The notes below the pieces were generated by a model. That model did no database searches. It saw nothing but the letters and a program-made list of their open reading frames with translations, and was not told where the DNA came from. A program made the position numbers and the translations under genes. A DNA stretch of 63,719 nucleotides, filler included, from Mitosporidium daphniae (taxonomy: Eukaryota), in the NCBI RefSeq assembly GCF_000760515.2. It is 6 parts of 6 records of this genome, joined end to end, with 100 filler letters (N's around TTAATTAATTAA, not from the genome) between each part and the next. Parts side by side here need not be neighbours in the genome. Positions count along the whole stretch, not along the records: positions 32,342 to 42,779 come from NW_013546687.1; positions 42,880 to 53,317 come from NW_013546686.1; 4 more parts are not named here. One strand, 5' to 3'. Position 1 is the first letter of the stretch, and each line of letters opens with the position of its first letter. Of the stretch, positions 36,536 through 48,224 are shown one piece after another.

Positions 36536-36607
36536 GTAAGTATCTTGCCCTTTACGCACCGGATTATTACTGTTTTTCATCGATCAGGGTTTTTTACTAA
36601 TCTTTAG
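36536..36607 (+). other. Probable 72-nt 5'-UTR intron of RPL2
   Basis: GTAAGT donor, TACTAAT branch point, TTTAG acceptor 12 nt before the ATG. Confidence 0.75.
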
Positions 36608-36619
36608 CATATCTTATAA

Positions 36620-37396
36620 ATGGGTCGAGTAATCCGTGTTCAGCGCAAAGGAAAAGGATCGGTCTTCAAGGCCCANACCCACCACCGCAAAGGGGCAGCT
36701 AAGCTTCGCCCAATTGACTACTCCGAGCGTGAGGGATATCTCCGCGGGTTGGTTAAGGAAATCATTCATGACCCAGGTCGTGGTGCTCCGCTAGCAAAGA
36801 TCGAATTTCGCGATCCATACAAATTTCGCAAGGAGACTTTCACAATGATTGCCACTGAGGGCATGTATACTGGCCAATTTGTTTATGTCGGAAAAAAGGC
36901 TGCATTGGTGGTGGGAAACACCCTTCCTGTTGGTCAAATGCCAGAAGGAACCATCGTTTGCAACGTTGAGGAGCATTATGGTGATCGAGGATCTCTCGCC
37001 AGAACCTCTGGAAACTATGCCACTGTGATTGCCCATAACACTGACGATCAAAAGACCCGCATCAAGCTCCCATCTGGTGCCAAGAAAGTCATCTCTTCTG
37101 GATGCCGTGCTACCATTGGTATTGTCGCTGGTGGTGGACGTATTGACAAGCCTCTGCTGAAGGCCGGTCGTGCTTACTACAAGTATAAGGCGAAGCGCAA
37201 TTGCTGGCCAAAGGTTCGTGGTGTTGCTATGAATCCAGTCGACCATCCGCATGGTGGTGGTAATCACCAACACGTTGGTCATGCTACAACGGTCTCTCGA
37301 TATGCACCGCCCGGAAAGAAGGTCGGTCTTATTGCAGCTCGTCGCACTGGTCTCCTCCGTGGTACAAAGAAAATACGCGAAACCAAGTCTGCTTGA
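36620..37396 (+). CDS. RPL2: 60S ribosomal protein uL2 (L2/L8)
   Basis: [19 protein letters not shown] and [23 protein letters not shown]. Confidence 0.98.
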   Translation: MGRVIRVQRKGKGSVFKAXTHHRKGAAKLRPIDYSEREGYLRGLVKEIIHDPGRGAPLAKIEFRDPYKFRKETFTMIATEGMYTGQFVYVGKKAALVVGNTLPVGQMPEGTIVCNVEEHYGDRGSLARTSGNYATVIAHNTDDQKTRIKLPSGAKKVISSGCRATIGIVAGGGRIDKPLLKAGRAYYKYKAKRNCWPKVRGVAMNPVDHPHGGGNHQHVGHATTVSRYAPPGKKVGLIAARRTGLLRGTKKIRETKSA

Positions 37397-37464
37397 TGAT
37401 GCTCCTTAATAATAAACTATCTAAAGGCCATTGGCGGTACTGTAATTTTATGGTAAAAAATAAA

Positions 37465-38751
37465 TTATTCGATCGAAACGAGCTGGAGACCTTGGTCTCC
37501 ACCGACTGCGAGAGCAAACTTTCCGGCCTCCTCAACCAATGCAAGAGAAAAAAGTTGATTTGATTGTTGCATCACTGTTTCTCCGATAGAGGAGTCTGAG
37601 GTAGCCCTTTTTCCGGTAATACGGAGATCCCAAGTCTTGATTACCCCATCTTGTCCCACGGAATACAAGCCCGAAGTTGAAGATTTGGAGAAGACAACCG
37701 CAGTAGGAAGCAACTTATGCCCATGAAGGCTTTTAAAGCACGAATTTTTTTGACGAGCATCCCAGAGCCGGACGGTAAGGTCTGCAGCAGGAGAAGCCAT
37801 CAAATTAGGGTCCGATGGACAAAGAGCTATGCCCAAAAGAGGAACCCCATGAGCGGTGGTCGATATCATTTCCTCTTTCACCAAATCCCAATGCCGACTA
37901 GAGCCATCAAGAGAGGCCGAAATTAGCAGAGAAGGCGAGATTACCCCTCCACTTGCCATTCCGGATGGAATAGAACATGCAGAAGCCAATCCAGTCACTG
38001 CGCCCGAGTGACCCTCAAGCACGATCTTTGTAGAAGAAGTGACAATGGGAGATAAATTAAATTCGGAGATCCTAATGCTCCTGTCAAATGAACCGGTCGC
38101 AAAGAGAATCGAACTCTGAGATTCTTGCATAATAGCTGCAGATTCAATGGTATTAGAATGCCCATCTGTGACTCCCATAATTGCCTCTTTGCTTTTCATA
38201 GAAACGAGAGAAGACGAAAATTTATGAGACACAACAAGGTACGAGGAAGAAGGTGTGGCGAGCACCGATTTTATTGGCATCTCTCCGTCGATCAAAAGTG
38301 ACGATGATATTGTGTTATGTTCGAGCGAATCAACAAAATGTAACTTTCCGGAATAATCCCCAAAGGCCATGAAGGACGAAGCTCCATTTTTTAATGGGGC
38401 GATTGAAGAGACCCAGTCGTCAGTTTGAAGGGAAAAGGCAATGCTTTTTGGCTTTTGGATTCTAGGGATAATTAATATGGTAAGTAGGTTTTCATGAGAC
38501 CAGCTATTGCGAGCCAAAAAAGATCCAAGGGACCCTGACAAAAACTGGCCATCAATGGAAAAATCAAAGTTATCAAAAGAAAGCTCTTTGGAAAGAAAGA
38601 GAGACGTAAGTAATTCCCTAAGCTCTGAAGAACAAACGGAGGTAGGAATTAAAAGACTGTTCTCCGGTAAGGTCCCAATAAGACTGGGATGGAAGCTTTC
38701 AAACCGGACTTGGACCTGAGCCTGAGTATGTGAAGCATGGCCCTCTCTCAT
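37465..38751 (-). CDS. YTM1: Ribosome biogenesis WD40 protein Ytm1/WDR12
   Basis: NLE/UBL-like N-terminus (QVQVRF, FDFSIDGQFL), DDWVSSI and WD repeats. Confidence 0.8.
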   Translation of the reverse strand: MREGHASHTQAQVQVRFESFHPSLIGTLPENSLLIPTSVCSSELRELLTSLFLSKELSFDNFDFSIDGQFLSGSLGSFLARNSWSHENLLTILIIPRIQKPKSIAFSLQTDDWVSSIAPLKNGASSFMAFGDYSGKLHFVDSLEHNTISSSLLIDGEMPIKSVLATPSSSYLVVSHKFSSSLVSMKSKEAIMGVTDGHSNTIESAAIMQESQSSILFATGSFDRSIRISEFNLSPIVTSSTKIVLEGHSGAVTGLASACSIPSGMASGGVISPSLLISASLDGSSRHWDLVKEEMISTTAHGVPLLGIALCPSDPNLMASPAADLTVRLWDARQKNSCFKSLHGHKLLPTAVVFSKSSTSGLYSVGQDGVIKTWDLRITGKRATSDSSIGETVMQQSNQLFSLALVEEAGKFALAVGGDQGLQLVSIE

Positions 38752-38868
38752 GGTGATGCGGTTATTAAAAAATTAAATTATTTTAAAAAGCACACAAATC
38801 CTTTTGGCCGGCGGCACCCACAAGCTACTGAGACAATCAAATTCCAAGTAAATATAAACGTTTATTGC

Positions 38869-39745
38869 CTATTTCTTCATGGCAGTCAGGCGTTTGTCAC
38901 GTTCCTCGGTGATGGTGAAACGGATACCCTTGGCCTTTGGAAGCGAGACCCAAGACTTATTTCCCTGCCCGATGATGAAGATATTTGACATGCGGGTGGC
39001 AAAAGAACGGTCGCGAGAATCCTTGACATGGACAATGTCAAAACCGCCATGGTGACGTTCGCGGTGTGTGATGACACCTACGCGTCCCATGTTGTGACCT
39101 CCAGTGATCATGACAACATTTCCGGTTTCAAACTTGATGAATTCCTCTAGCTTGCCAGTTTCCATGTTGAACTTGACTGTGTCATTTACACGGATTGATG
39201 GATCTGGGTAGCGAAAAGTACGACCATCATGGGTGACAATGAAGGGAACACCCTTGGCTCCAAGTTGGCACTTTTTGACTTTGCAAAGCTTGTATTTGGC
39301 TTCTTCCTCGGAAATTCTATGGATAACAAAGCGGCCCTTGGTATCGTAAAGAAGGCGGAAGTTTTCATTGGTTTTTTCGATAGAAATAACATCCATAAAT
39401 CCGGCAGGATACGTGGTATCGGTACGAACTTTGTGATCAACCTTCACCAAACGCTGCATGAGAATCGACATGACTTCCTTTCTGGTCAAAGCGTACTTCA
39501 AGCGGTTGCGGAGGAAAACAATAAGGGGAAGGCACTCGCGAAGTTTATGAGGACCGGTGGATGGGCGTGGGGCAAATGTTCCTGAAAGCTTGTCCAACAT
39601 CCAGGATTTTGGAGCCGCCATGCGCTTAAGATGTTTCTTTATGCCACGAGCCTAGATAATTAGATTGGAATGCCAAATTGGATGAGAATATGGATGGATG
39701 AAATATCGGCAATCTTCAATGCAGAAACGTATGGCGACTTACCAT
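38869..39745 (-). CDS. RPS4: 40S ribosomal protein eS4; ATG separated by a 91-nt intron (39652-39742)
   Basis: [30 protein letters not shown] donor and CTAAT branch point. Confidence 0.98.
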
Positions 39746-39927
39746 TTCAGTAAAAACGAATTAATTTATTTTGTTTTTATAAATTTCTAATCAATTTAAT
39801 TGGAAAGTTTTTAAAATTGCTTGTCTATCCATGCCTTCTAATTGGAAACTTTTCCCTTCATGCTCAAACCTTGTTTCACTATATAGGGTCGGGGCCAGTA
39901 TTATGTTACACATGCACATCTTTTTTA

Positions 39928-40825
39928 ATGCTGATTTCTTACCACTCTTATGATTCCTTTGCAGACCTGACTTCCAAAGAGCCGGAGACTTTTTTAAATT
40001 TTATCCATTCCCCGATTCCTTGCGGACGCGTCCAAATGTGCCGGATTTTAAGGCAGGAAGAGCCAAAAGGCTCTTTTGAATTATTTCTGGATGGAGTTGC
40101 AGCGACCGCCGATATTTCCATCCTAACAGCAAGAAAAATACCTACTTCGGGCCTTTTTTCCGAATATAGAATATTTAGAAAGGATAAGAATGCACCGGGT
40201 CCTTTATCGTCAGACTCCATCGTTGCTGTCGTGCGTTCCAACTTTTGGGGAACGGCCTTTGAAATTACATCTCCCTCGCTTTTTCATTTAGATGCTTCAT
40301 TACACCAGGATATAAATATTGGCTGCATCCTGTATAAGCCCAATTTTCTTGGGATTCACGGGCCTCGCCGGATGAGGATTCTTTTTCCATATTTAAACTC
40401 GACGTTCACGGCAAAAAGTCTCTCTTGTACCGGATCCATTGTTCATTCAAAGGTTGACCCTACGTTCTTTTCTTTGTACAAAAAGAACTTGGCAAAAAAC
40501 AATGTGCTGCTTTTGAAAAATAAGCAACCCGCTTGGAGTGAAGGTATGTGAATAGAAGTTTACGTTATCCATCATGTAGAGCATCAATCTCACGTGCTTA
40601 ATTTCCACGGCCGTGTTTCGCACCCCTCTGTGAAAAACTTTCAGCTCATACATCCATATGAAGGTAGAACCTTGGACTATGATGACTTTAGATTCATACA
40701 TAATCATGCAGTTCGGAAAGGTTGGCAAGGATATGTTTATTATGGACATAAGGTATCCAATGTCCCTGGTCCAAGCGTTTTCCATCGCCCTGACTAGCTT
40801 TGCCTTCAAGCTTGCCTGTGAATAA
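39928..40825 (+). CDS. Tubby-domain protein, 3 exons (start uncertain)
   Basis: [43 protein letters not shown] and C-terminal KLACE. Confidence 0.92.
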
Positions 40826-40830
40826 ATCTT

Positions 40831-41245
40831 TCACGAAGAAAAAACAGATGGCCATAGGCCCTGCTTTTTTATGTGCTTGATTTGGGAATCAAACAGAACA
40901 TGCTCAATTTGCCCGATGATTTTGTTGCACGGGTTTTCATAAATTTTAACCATCACATAGCCACCTACAATGTTATGTACAAAAGTTACCCCGTTTTACC
41001 CAAAGCGTGTTTTTAAACCGGTTAGGCAACTGCACAAGAACACCGGATGATGGTGGGCCATCTGTCTGCACGCGGCTGTCCGCATCGGAGTTTATCGAAA
41101 CTGGAAGCGAGATTTCGAAAAGGGATTGGCCCTTTACTGCAGTTACCAGTGCAATGTACGTATTTTCAGCTATGTCTTCTGAGCTGACGGGCAAAGGGAA
41201 ATCCTCCAATGAGCCTTGTTGAATTGACCGCCTTGGTAAAACCAT
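40831..41245 (-). CDS. eIF1A-domain OB-fold protein EIF1AD, 2 exons
   Basis: LVQLPNRFKNTLWVKRG|GYVMV and QIKHIKKQGLWP. Confidence 0.85.
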
Positions 41246-41441
41246 GCTTTTTAAAAAGCACAAGTTAAAGTGGATTCAATTTAATTCAATGCAATTTAAT
41301 TTGATTCGATTTGGTTTGGTTTCAAAGATTTGCGTGGTGTAATAAAATTTCCATTGAAGGGCACAATGACCAATAAACTCGCATATGTGCATTTTAAAAA
41401 GCCCCGCTATCACATGAGTTTTAATAGCTGCAAAATGAACT

Positions 41442-42372
41442 CCTCAGCTCGCATGCTGCCATTGACCCTTTCCCGTATTTTAAAATATGCCGGGGATTGG
41501 GGGTTGTCAATATTCTGCCTATCATTTGGCTTATATTTAGAGACGGTGACGCCCTTTGAGCGATATATAATCCCAGATCAAACGATCAGCTATCCCTTTA
41601 CATTTGATGAAAAGGTTCCTCCCGTTTGGCTCCCTTTCATCGGAATTCTTCTCCCGGTATTGATAATAATTTTGACCACCTTTTTTCTGTATTTGTCTGT
41701 CTTTTTCCGCTATTCGCGGGTAAAGTATCAGGGGAAACTTTTGTCAAAGTTCCACTGGACGCAATATTTGCATCTCAACATACTTGGGCTTTTCATGAGC
41801 GTCTCCTGCTGCTATTTGACCACAAACATTTTAAAGATCACTTGTGGCCGGTTGCGCCCAGATTTCATCGATAGATGCAAACCAAAATCTTTGGTTATAT
41901 TTCCCATTATTTGTACAGGCAATGTAAGGGATATTTTTGAAGGCCGAAAAAGCTTTCCCTCTGGCCATACGTCAAGTAAGAACTCCACCCACCCATAACA
42001 AATAGTTTCGTTTAGCGGACTTGCATATATCTTTTTTCTTTTTCTTTCCATCTTTTGGAGTGTCAGCCATTCCAATTGCCACCACCATAGCCACGGGTCT
42101 TTTTTCAAGCTTATTTTGACCATTTTGCCATTAATGGCTGCCACGTTGGTGGGAATCTCAAGGCTCGATGACTATAGACACCATTGGCAAGATGTTTCCG
42201 CCGGTGCTCTCTTGGGTATCAAATGGATTTTTCATCTCATCTAGGAGTGCTCTTTGCATATATATCATTTCGGCAATTTAATGGAAATCCATTTTCAAGG
42301 CCAAAATGTCAAGAAAAGGCATTGACACCGCTTACCAGCGACAGCATTCAAACCCTAGACGATGGCGTTTAG
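41442..42372 (+). CDS. PAP2 lipid/diacylglycerol pyrophosphate phosphatase (start uncertain)
   Basis: K..GRLRPDF, SFPSGHTS and SRLDDYRHHWQDV. Confidence 0.92.
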
Positions 42373-42459
42373 GGTTAGGCCCATTTTCCCCCATGTATAA
42401 GGGTGGGGTCCCATAATAAATATTAAGCTAGGGTTACTGATTTATTACTTTGTTATGAG

Positions 42460-42779
42460 ATGACTTTTGTTCCGGTTCTAGATATCCTTTTGTTCCATAC
42501 ATCTTCAGAACCGCAACTTTTGTACCGGCATGCAAAGACAACCGAAGAAAGCTTCCAAAATACGGACCTGCTGTTTGGCGGTCTCCAATCCCTACGGGTC
42601 TTCTGCGGGAGGATAAAAGAGTTACAAGGCAAGAGCAATGCCCACCCATCTTCTCAAGATTCATCCGCAGCCAGCAAAGTATTATTTAATTCAATGGCGT
42701 CATCTTTCAAAAGTTTCAAAACACCCTTCTATTCGCTGTATTTTTTCGAGTCTGCAACGGGATTCCAAATCATCCTCGT
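42460..42779 (+). CDS. BET5: TRAPP subunit Bet5/TRAPPC1, 3' truncated
   Basis: LLFGGLQSLR and FKSFKTPFYSLYFFESATG. Confidence 0.75.
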
Positions 42780-42879
42780 NNNNNNNNNNNNNNNNNNNNN
42801 NNNNNNNNNNNNNNNNNNNNNNNTTAATTAATTAANNNNNNNNNNNNNNNNNNNNNNNNNNNNNNNNNNNNNNNNNNNN
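42780..42879. other. Artificial contig linker
   Basis: N-run/TTAATTAATTAA/N-run. Confidence 0.98.
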
Positions 42880-42901
42880 ACTCAATTTTGCTTTTTCAAT
42901 C

Positions 42902-44106
42902 ATGGATCTATCCACCTGTTTTGTTAATTTTTTAGGCTCTGTTTTGCGTCTATTTCCTCCTGCTTTGGTGACCTGTGTTAAAGCCTTCTCTCCAAAAAGT
43001 TTCACTACCATTTCTTTTGTGCTATGTTTTGTTGTACAGATCGGGTTTAAATACATCTTTAAATTTGATTTCCTTAAGCAATCGGCATATTTCGTTGCCT
43101 TGATACATGCGTGTATTTCAAGTATTGTATCTGTCCTCGTAATTTTCTCCACTCAAGTGCTTCGACCGAACTCTTTAGAAAAGCGGCTAGGTATTAATAA
43201 CATTAGGGGGTTAGAGATTATTTCTTTTAACTTTTTAGGGATTGGTTTAGCACTTTGCCAATTTTAGAAGACATCAATAAGATCAATTTCGGCTATTTCA
43301 TTTGGCAAACCATCATGTGTATCGTAATGCTTATACATAAGGAAAATATAACGGTATGGTATTTCGCCTATAGCATTTTCGGACTCGTTCTTTTTGGAAT
43401 CTTTTCATATCCTATTGCGCCTTACATTGGCGTGCTTTTTCTTGTGTATGAAATTCCTATGATCTTTTTCAATCTCAAAAATATTTTTTTTCATAATTCT
43501 ACAAAAGTAACCGTCAGTGATAATGATAAAAATGCAGGCACTGAATTCATTCTACATATTCTATTTATATCTTCTTTTTTTCTTTTTCAAATCATCCTTG
43601 GCCAACCAATTTCGATCGAGCTTTTTAACCTACTTAGATATGGCCAAGATGAACTTGGAAAACTATCAAAGTACTCTATAATCTACGGTGGTATTATTAT
43701 GAATATATTAAATATATACTGGTTTTCATACGAGACTATCGAAACAGTAGTCGAAAAAAAAACACTTTTGATGATAATTATGGCCGTTTTAATGGCCCAA
43801 TACTTTGTCGCCATATTTCTTGTCCCTTTAATGCCTCTGTTTAAAAAAAGATATCAATCTAAACGAAATCAATTGCAACATGAAGATGAACAAAGCGAAG
43901 ATTCAGATAAAGGACACAATTCAGTTTTAGAAAACATGTTTCCATCTGACACATATAGCCGTCTAAACTCAAAGCAAAATGAACAAGACAGTTTAAATGA
44001 ACAAGACAGTTTAAATGAACAAGACAGTTTAAATGAAAAAAAAGACAGTTTAAATCAACAAGACGGAAATTCAGAAGAATCCGATAAAGTTACCTCTTCT
44101 CTGTAG
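42902..44106 (+). CDS. TLC-domain (TRAM/LAG1/CLN8, TMEM56-like) membrane protein; frame break near 43190-43260
   Basis: VALIHA, GYFIWQ, FLVYEIPMIFFN and LNIYWF; C-terminal 18-bp NEQDSL repeats (~43978-44062). Confidence 0.7.
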
Positions 44107-44253
44107 GTAATCTCGTAGGTGGATCATAAGGGCAGGCAGTAAATTAACCCTAAATAAATTTTCAATAAACTTTGACAAGTGCCGCTGATAGGAAAAATTG
44201 CAGCAAGTTCACACTTCGGGTTGGGGTTGGGGTTACCATGCCATGTCTACGCT

Positions 44254-44845
44254 TTATTGGTCTGACGCGGCTTTCCCCACATGGCTGCTCTCGATGCCCA
44301 GCGAATCCAACAATGCCCTTAGCTCTCCGTCTGAAGAGGGAAGCTGTGCTTTCGGCAGGTAATTCGCAATGTCGATTGCAATGGCGTCAACTACCTTGAA
44401 AGCCTGGCCGCAGTCGACACAGCGCCCGATTTCGCCCTTTGCCACGTTGAACCATATTGTCTCGTGGCTAGTCCGTGGCGCCCCTATGCACATGCGGAGG
44501 GATTGCGAGCTACGTACCTGTACAGCCGATAATCCTTTCATCGCCAGTGGCCTCCACCAGAATGGGATCCCCATGTGTGCCAAACCGGTTGCCAGGAAGC
44601 CACTCGTTGTCAAAGATGTTGATGCCATGCGTTTTTGCAAGATACTCCAGTCGCTCCAGCCCAACGGACATGTCAAAATCGGTGTATGGCCGGTCTGCAG
44701 AGGGGCCGGGCCCAACGATAGGCCTATATTCGCCATTTTGGGCACCAGAAGAGGAGCCAAGGCAGCGCCAGGACACAAGCCTTCCGTGGTGACGACCACA
44801 CCGGGCCAAGTGACGCATGCATGCTGCGGACGCAATTTCGAACAT
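44254..44845 (-). CDS. COX4: Cytochrome c oxidase subunit 5B (yeast Cox4), 2 exons
   Basis: GLERLEYL, GT..DPILV..ERIIGCT|G and W...RCVDCGQAFK. Confidence 0.9.
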
Positions 44846-44891
44846 TTTAAAATAAATTGCGTTTGCGCTTGCGTTTACCTTTGGTCTGCTC

Positions 44892-45528
44892 ATGAACAAC
44901 AGGGTTTTCAATTGGGCGTTTGCATTTGCGCATGTCATCCCCAGTCACAAGAAAATATTTACTTCCACCATCCAAAAAAACGAGGAGCTTCGTCGCCTTA
45001 TTTTGGAGTTGAAGGAGACAAAAGGGAAGCTTTCTCGATTGGATTGGAATGCATATTCCAATGCTGCTATTTCGACACCCTTCATCAAGAAAGAAAATCC
45101 TGCCGCATTTATTGAAGATCTCCGAGCGAGTATTTCTTCCTTTTCGCCCAAAATTGACATTTCCATCGACAAGGAGTATGCTCTTATCGAGGCAGAGCGA
45201 AGTGCTCTGGTACCGCTTGTTTACCTACATTTAGATTGATGAAGCAACCGAAATAGAGAAAAAAGTGTCTGCAGAGATGGAGTTCACTTCTGATAAACTT
45301 GAACGTTACAACACGCTCACCAAGAAGCCGGTGGATGAATTTTGTGTATTGGTTTATTTTATTTTATCACAGGTTGATGATATATATTTTTTAGAGCCCG
45401 AGTTTAAGGAGGAGTTTTATCAGCTAGTTAAAGACGGATGCTGGACCGACTCTCCTCAAATCTACATGGAATGGAAGGCAAGACAGGCCGCCGCTGCCAC
45501 CAATGGAGGTGCAGTTGCTCATCATTAG
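44892..45528 (+). CDS. ATP7: Mitochondrial ATP synthase subunit d, 3 exons
   Basis: FNWA, LDWNAY, P.DE and EPE......KDGCW pattern. Confidence 0.7.
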
Positions 45529-45597
45529 GAACGACGATGCTTGGCAATTAAAATTTAAAGCCAAATTTTAAAATAATTTTTTTGCATTTTCCAGACG

Positions 45598-46469
45598 ATG
45601 GTTTACACGTCCTCGGCGGTTACGTCTTCTTCTGGATCGATGGGATCGTCTGGCGAGTCTCTATTTTGTGGGCCTAATGCAGTGAGCAATCCATACTCAT
45701 TTCTTCAAGAGCTTGGAAGCGGCGAAACATCCGAGGTACCTTCCCTTTGTTCATCAACCGAAACTCTTTCCGAGGAGACCCCAAATCTTTCCTCCATCTT
45801 AAACTCCTTACAAAAGGAAAAGGGCACCGATGCTCTTCAATTGAAAACAAAGCTACCTTATGCGTGGGTATTTTGGTACCTTCGCCCGCCTCAAGGTCTC
45901 AAGTCGACCCAATTAAACTTTGAATCGCTTTTGAAGTATATCGGGACCATGCAAACTTTACAAGAATTTTGGTCTATTTATTTGACATTGAAAAGACCGG
46001 ATGAGCTTTCCGTCGGAACAACTGATTATTCGTTCTTCAAAGAAAATATCCGTCCCGTTTGGGAGGATCCGGCAAATCAGCATGGTGGAAAGCTTGTCAT
46101 ACGTCTGAGGAAGAACAGCTCTGTGTCAACCAGAATTTGGGAATTACTGCTCCTTGCCCTGATTGGAGATGAATTTTCGGATCTCCAAGAACATATTTGT
46201 GGCGTTGTTTTTTCCATTCGTCCATATGAAAACTTTATCGCCATTTGGATGCCAAAGTCTGATGATCTGCCCCAAATACAAAAACTAAGGTATGTTTTCC
46301 ATGTTAACTTCAATGTAGAGATCGACTTCGTAGCCTTTTTGGCCTTGCTCCGGATACTCTTATTGAATATAAAGCTCACAATTACGCCAAAGAAGGCGTT
46401 GCTCCTTCAACAGCGCGATCAAAGGCGTCAATCGATGCACCCTCCAGTGTTCAGGCGAATAAAGAATAA
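45598..46469 (+). CDS. Class II eIF4E (4EHP/eIF4E2-like), 2 exons
   Basis: QEFWSIY, IRPVWEDPAN..GGK, RIWE.LLLALIG; W56 position is F; IEYKAH after the intron. Confidence 0.88.
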
Positions 46470-46588
46470 ACATTAAGAAACTCTTGGCACAGTTGATGCT
46501 GAAACCAGAATACCATATCGTGCCCACCGCGCACCATCAACCTTGCAGAGCGCTGATTTTAAATGGCTGATTTGTAAATTAATTTAAA

Positions 46589-47182
46589 ATGTCGCCCCCG
46601 GAAGTTCTGGGCTCCTCCACCTCGCCTTGTAGCGATGATGCCACTACTTGCTCCTCGACAGATCGGCTATGTGAGTCGCAATTTGTGAGAAATTTTATCA
46701 AGGATTTCCTTTGCAAACATTGCTCCTGCACCCATTTCCTAGATACCCCTGTATCGTTCACTGGCGACTCCCCGTTAATCTTTGAAGACAAATATGCAGT
46801 CACCGTGAAGCAGTTGCATTTAGATATTCCGCTGCAGCTTCTTATGTGTTCCTCCTCCACTCTTGAAGACGTTATCGATGCATATGAGAGTGAAATGGAT
46901 CGTCTTGGCCAAACCCCCATCCCGACTGGCGAGCAACGCTGGTTGCATAAAGGAAAGCCACTTTTGAATACCGCTATGCCACTGGCGTGTCTTTCTACAA
47001 GTAAGGAGATAACGCTACATCTCGTTCGTAAGGTCTCCACTATTCCAAGCAAATCTGAAATCGATTTATTTCAAGCGCTTTGTAGCTTTGAGCGCGACGC
47101 AAATTCTGGACACGGCCACACGTGCACGGATCCTCAATGTAAATCATCGGTCTCATTTCTTTTGAGCCATTTAAAGGAATAA
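46589..47182 (+). CDS. Ubiquitin-like domain protein, possibly Get5/Mdy2
   Basis: ESQFVRNF N-terminal motif; Ubl core VTVKQL..EQRWLHKGKPL..ITLHLV. Confidence 0.55.
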   Translation: MSPPEVLGSSTSPCSDDATTCSSTDRLCESQFVRNFIKDFLCKHCSCTHFLDTPVSFTGDSPLIFEDKYAVTVKQLHLDIPLQLLMCSSSTLEDVIDAYESEMDRLGQTPIPTGEQRWLHKGKPLLNTAMPLACLSTSKEITLHLVRKVSTIPSKSEIDLFQALCSFERDANSGHGHTCTDPQCKSSVSFLLSHLKE

Positions 47183-48139
47183 TAAAATTTTATTTACAAC
47201 GAGAACCATTAATGCCGCCAGTAAGGAACATAAAGTAATGGACCTGCATGTCCATCTTATAAAGTTCCTGTTGTCGATTCCCACAATAACACGTTGGCTG
47301 CTGGTATTTTTCAGACTCTCAGCAGGCCAATCGCATTTATCCTTCTCACCGGCGAACAAAAGGTGCCTATGACGGCTTGATGTGAACTTTTGGATGCTAA
47401 TGTTTGAGGGGAGTCGACCATCTTCTAGACTGTTTACTGCTAAAGACGGATTGGAAGGGAGGATGTGCCCATTGGTATTTCCATTGATGTGCCCATTGGT
47501 ATTTCCATTGATGTGTCCATTGATGTGTCCATTGATGTGTCCGTTGATGTGCCCATTGGTATTTGTCAGCTCTAAAGTGTTTTCTGAGCACACTGATAAT
47601 GTGAAATCCTCCCGATCACGGCGGACTCGGAGAACAAAGAAAGAGAGAAGAGCACCTATCATAAAGACCCCATAGGACGAACCTTCTTTTGACGCAATCT
47701 CGCCAAATTGAACTAGGGATGAAGGAAAACTTTGCGAATATATCGAGGCAAACGGACTGCTGTGGCCTTGTGCAGATAATCTGCAACCGTTTAAAAAGGT
47801 TCCATTTGAAGAGCCTATATCGCGTATATATATCTACACACTATTGGATGCTAAAACTACTGTATCATCTAGGATCAAAAGCTCTGCATGTCTTCGGCTC
47901 AAAAGTGCGCTGTTAAAAGGGCATTCTGGAGATTGCCTTCCAACTAAAAAGGGGATTCCCTCGTGGAGCATTAGTTCTATTTCGGTTTGAACGGATGAGT
48001 CTGCGTCAAGAGTGGTTTCTATACATGCGATTTTGGCCCAATATTCCTTGGTGTTTTTTTTCGTGGGCGAAGAACAAAGCACCTGCTTGAATGGCGGAAC
48101 AACAGGAACCATCCGCTGTTGTGAGATGACGCTAACCAT
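47171..48139 (-). CDS. Tail-anchored FHA-domain protein (SLMAP/Vps64/Far10-like)
   Basis: VGR, LSRRHA, IRDIGSSNGTFLNG; C-terminal hydrophobic helix; 12-bp NGHI repeats at ~47462-47563. Confidence 0.75.
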
Positions 48140-48224
48140 TTCAAATTTAAACAATTTGTGGCCAAATTTAAAATTTCAATTATAAGAAACACACACTTCG
48201 ACGGCAGTTCTATTTGCCTTGCCA

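Noticed and set aside
36791..39585. Antisense ORFs over RPL2 and RPS4 (and similar elsewhere)
   Set aside because: Shadow frames of conserved genes.
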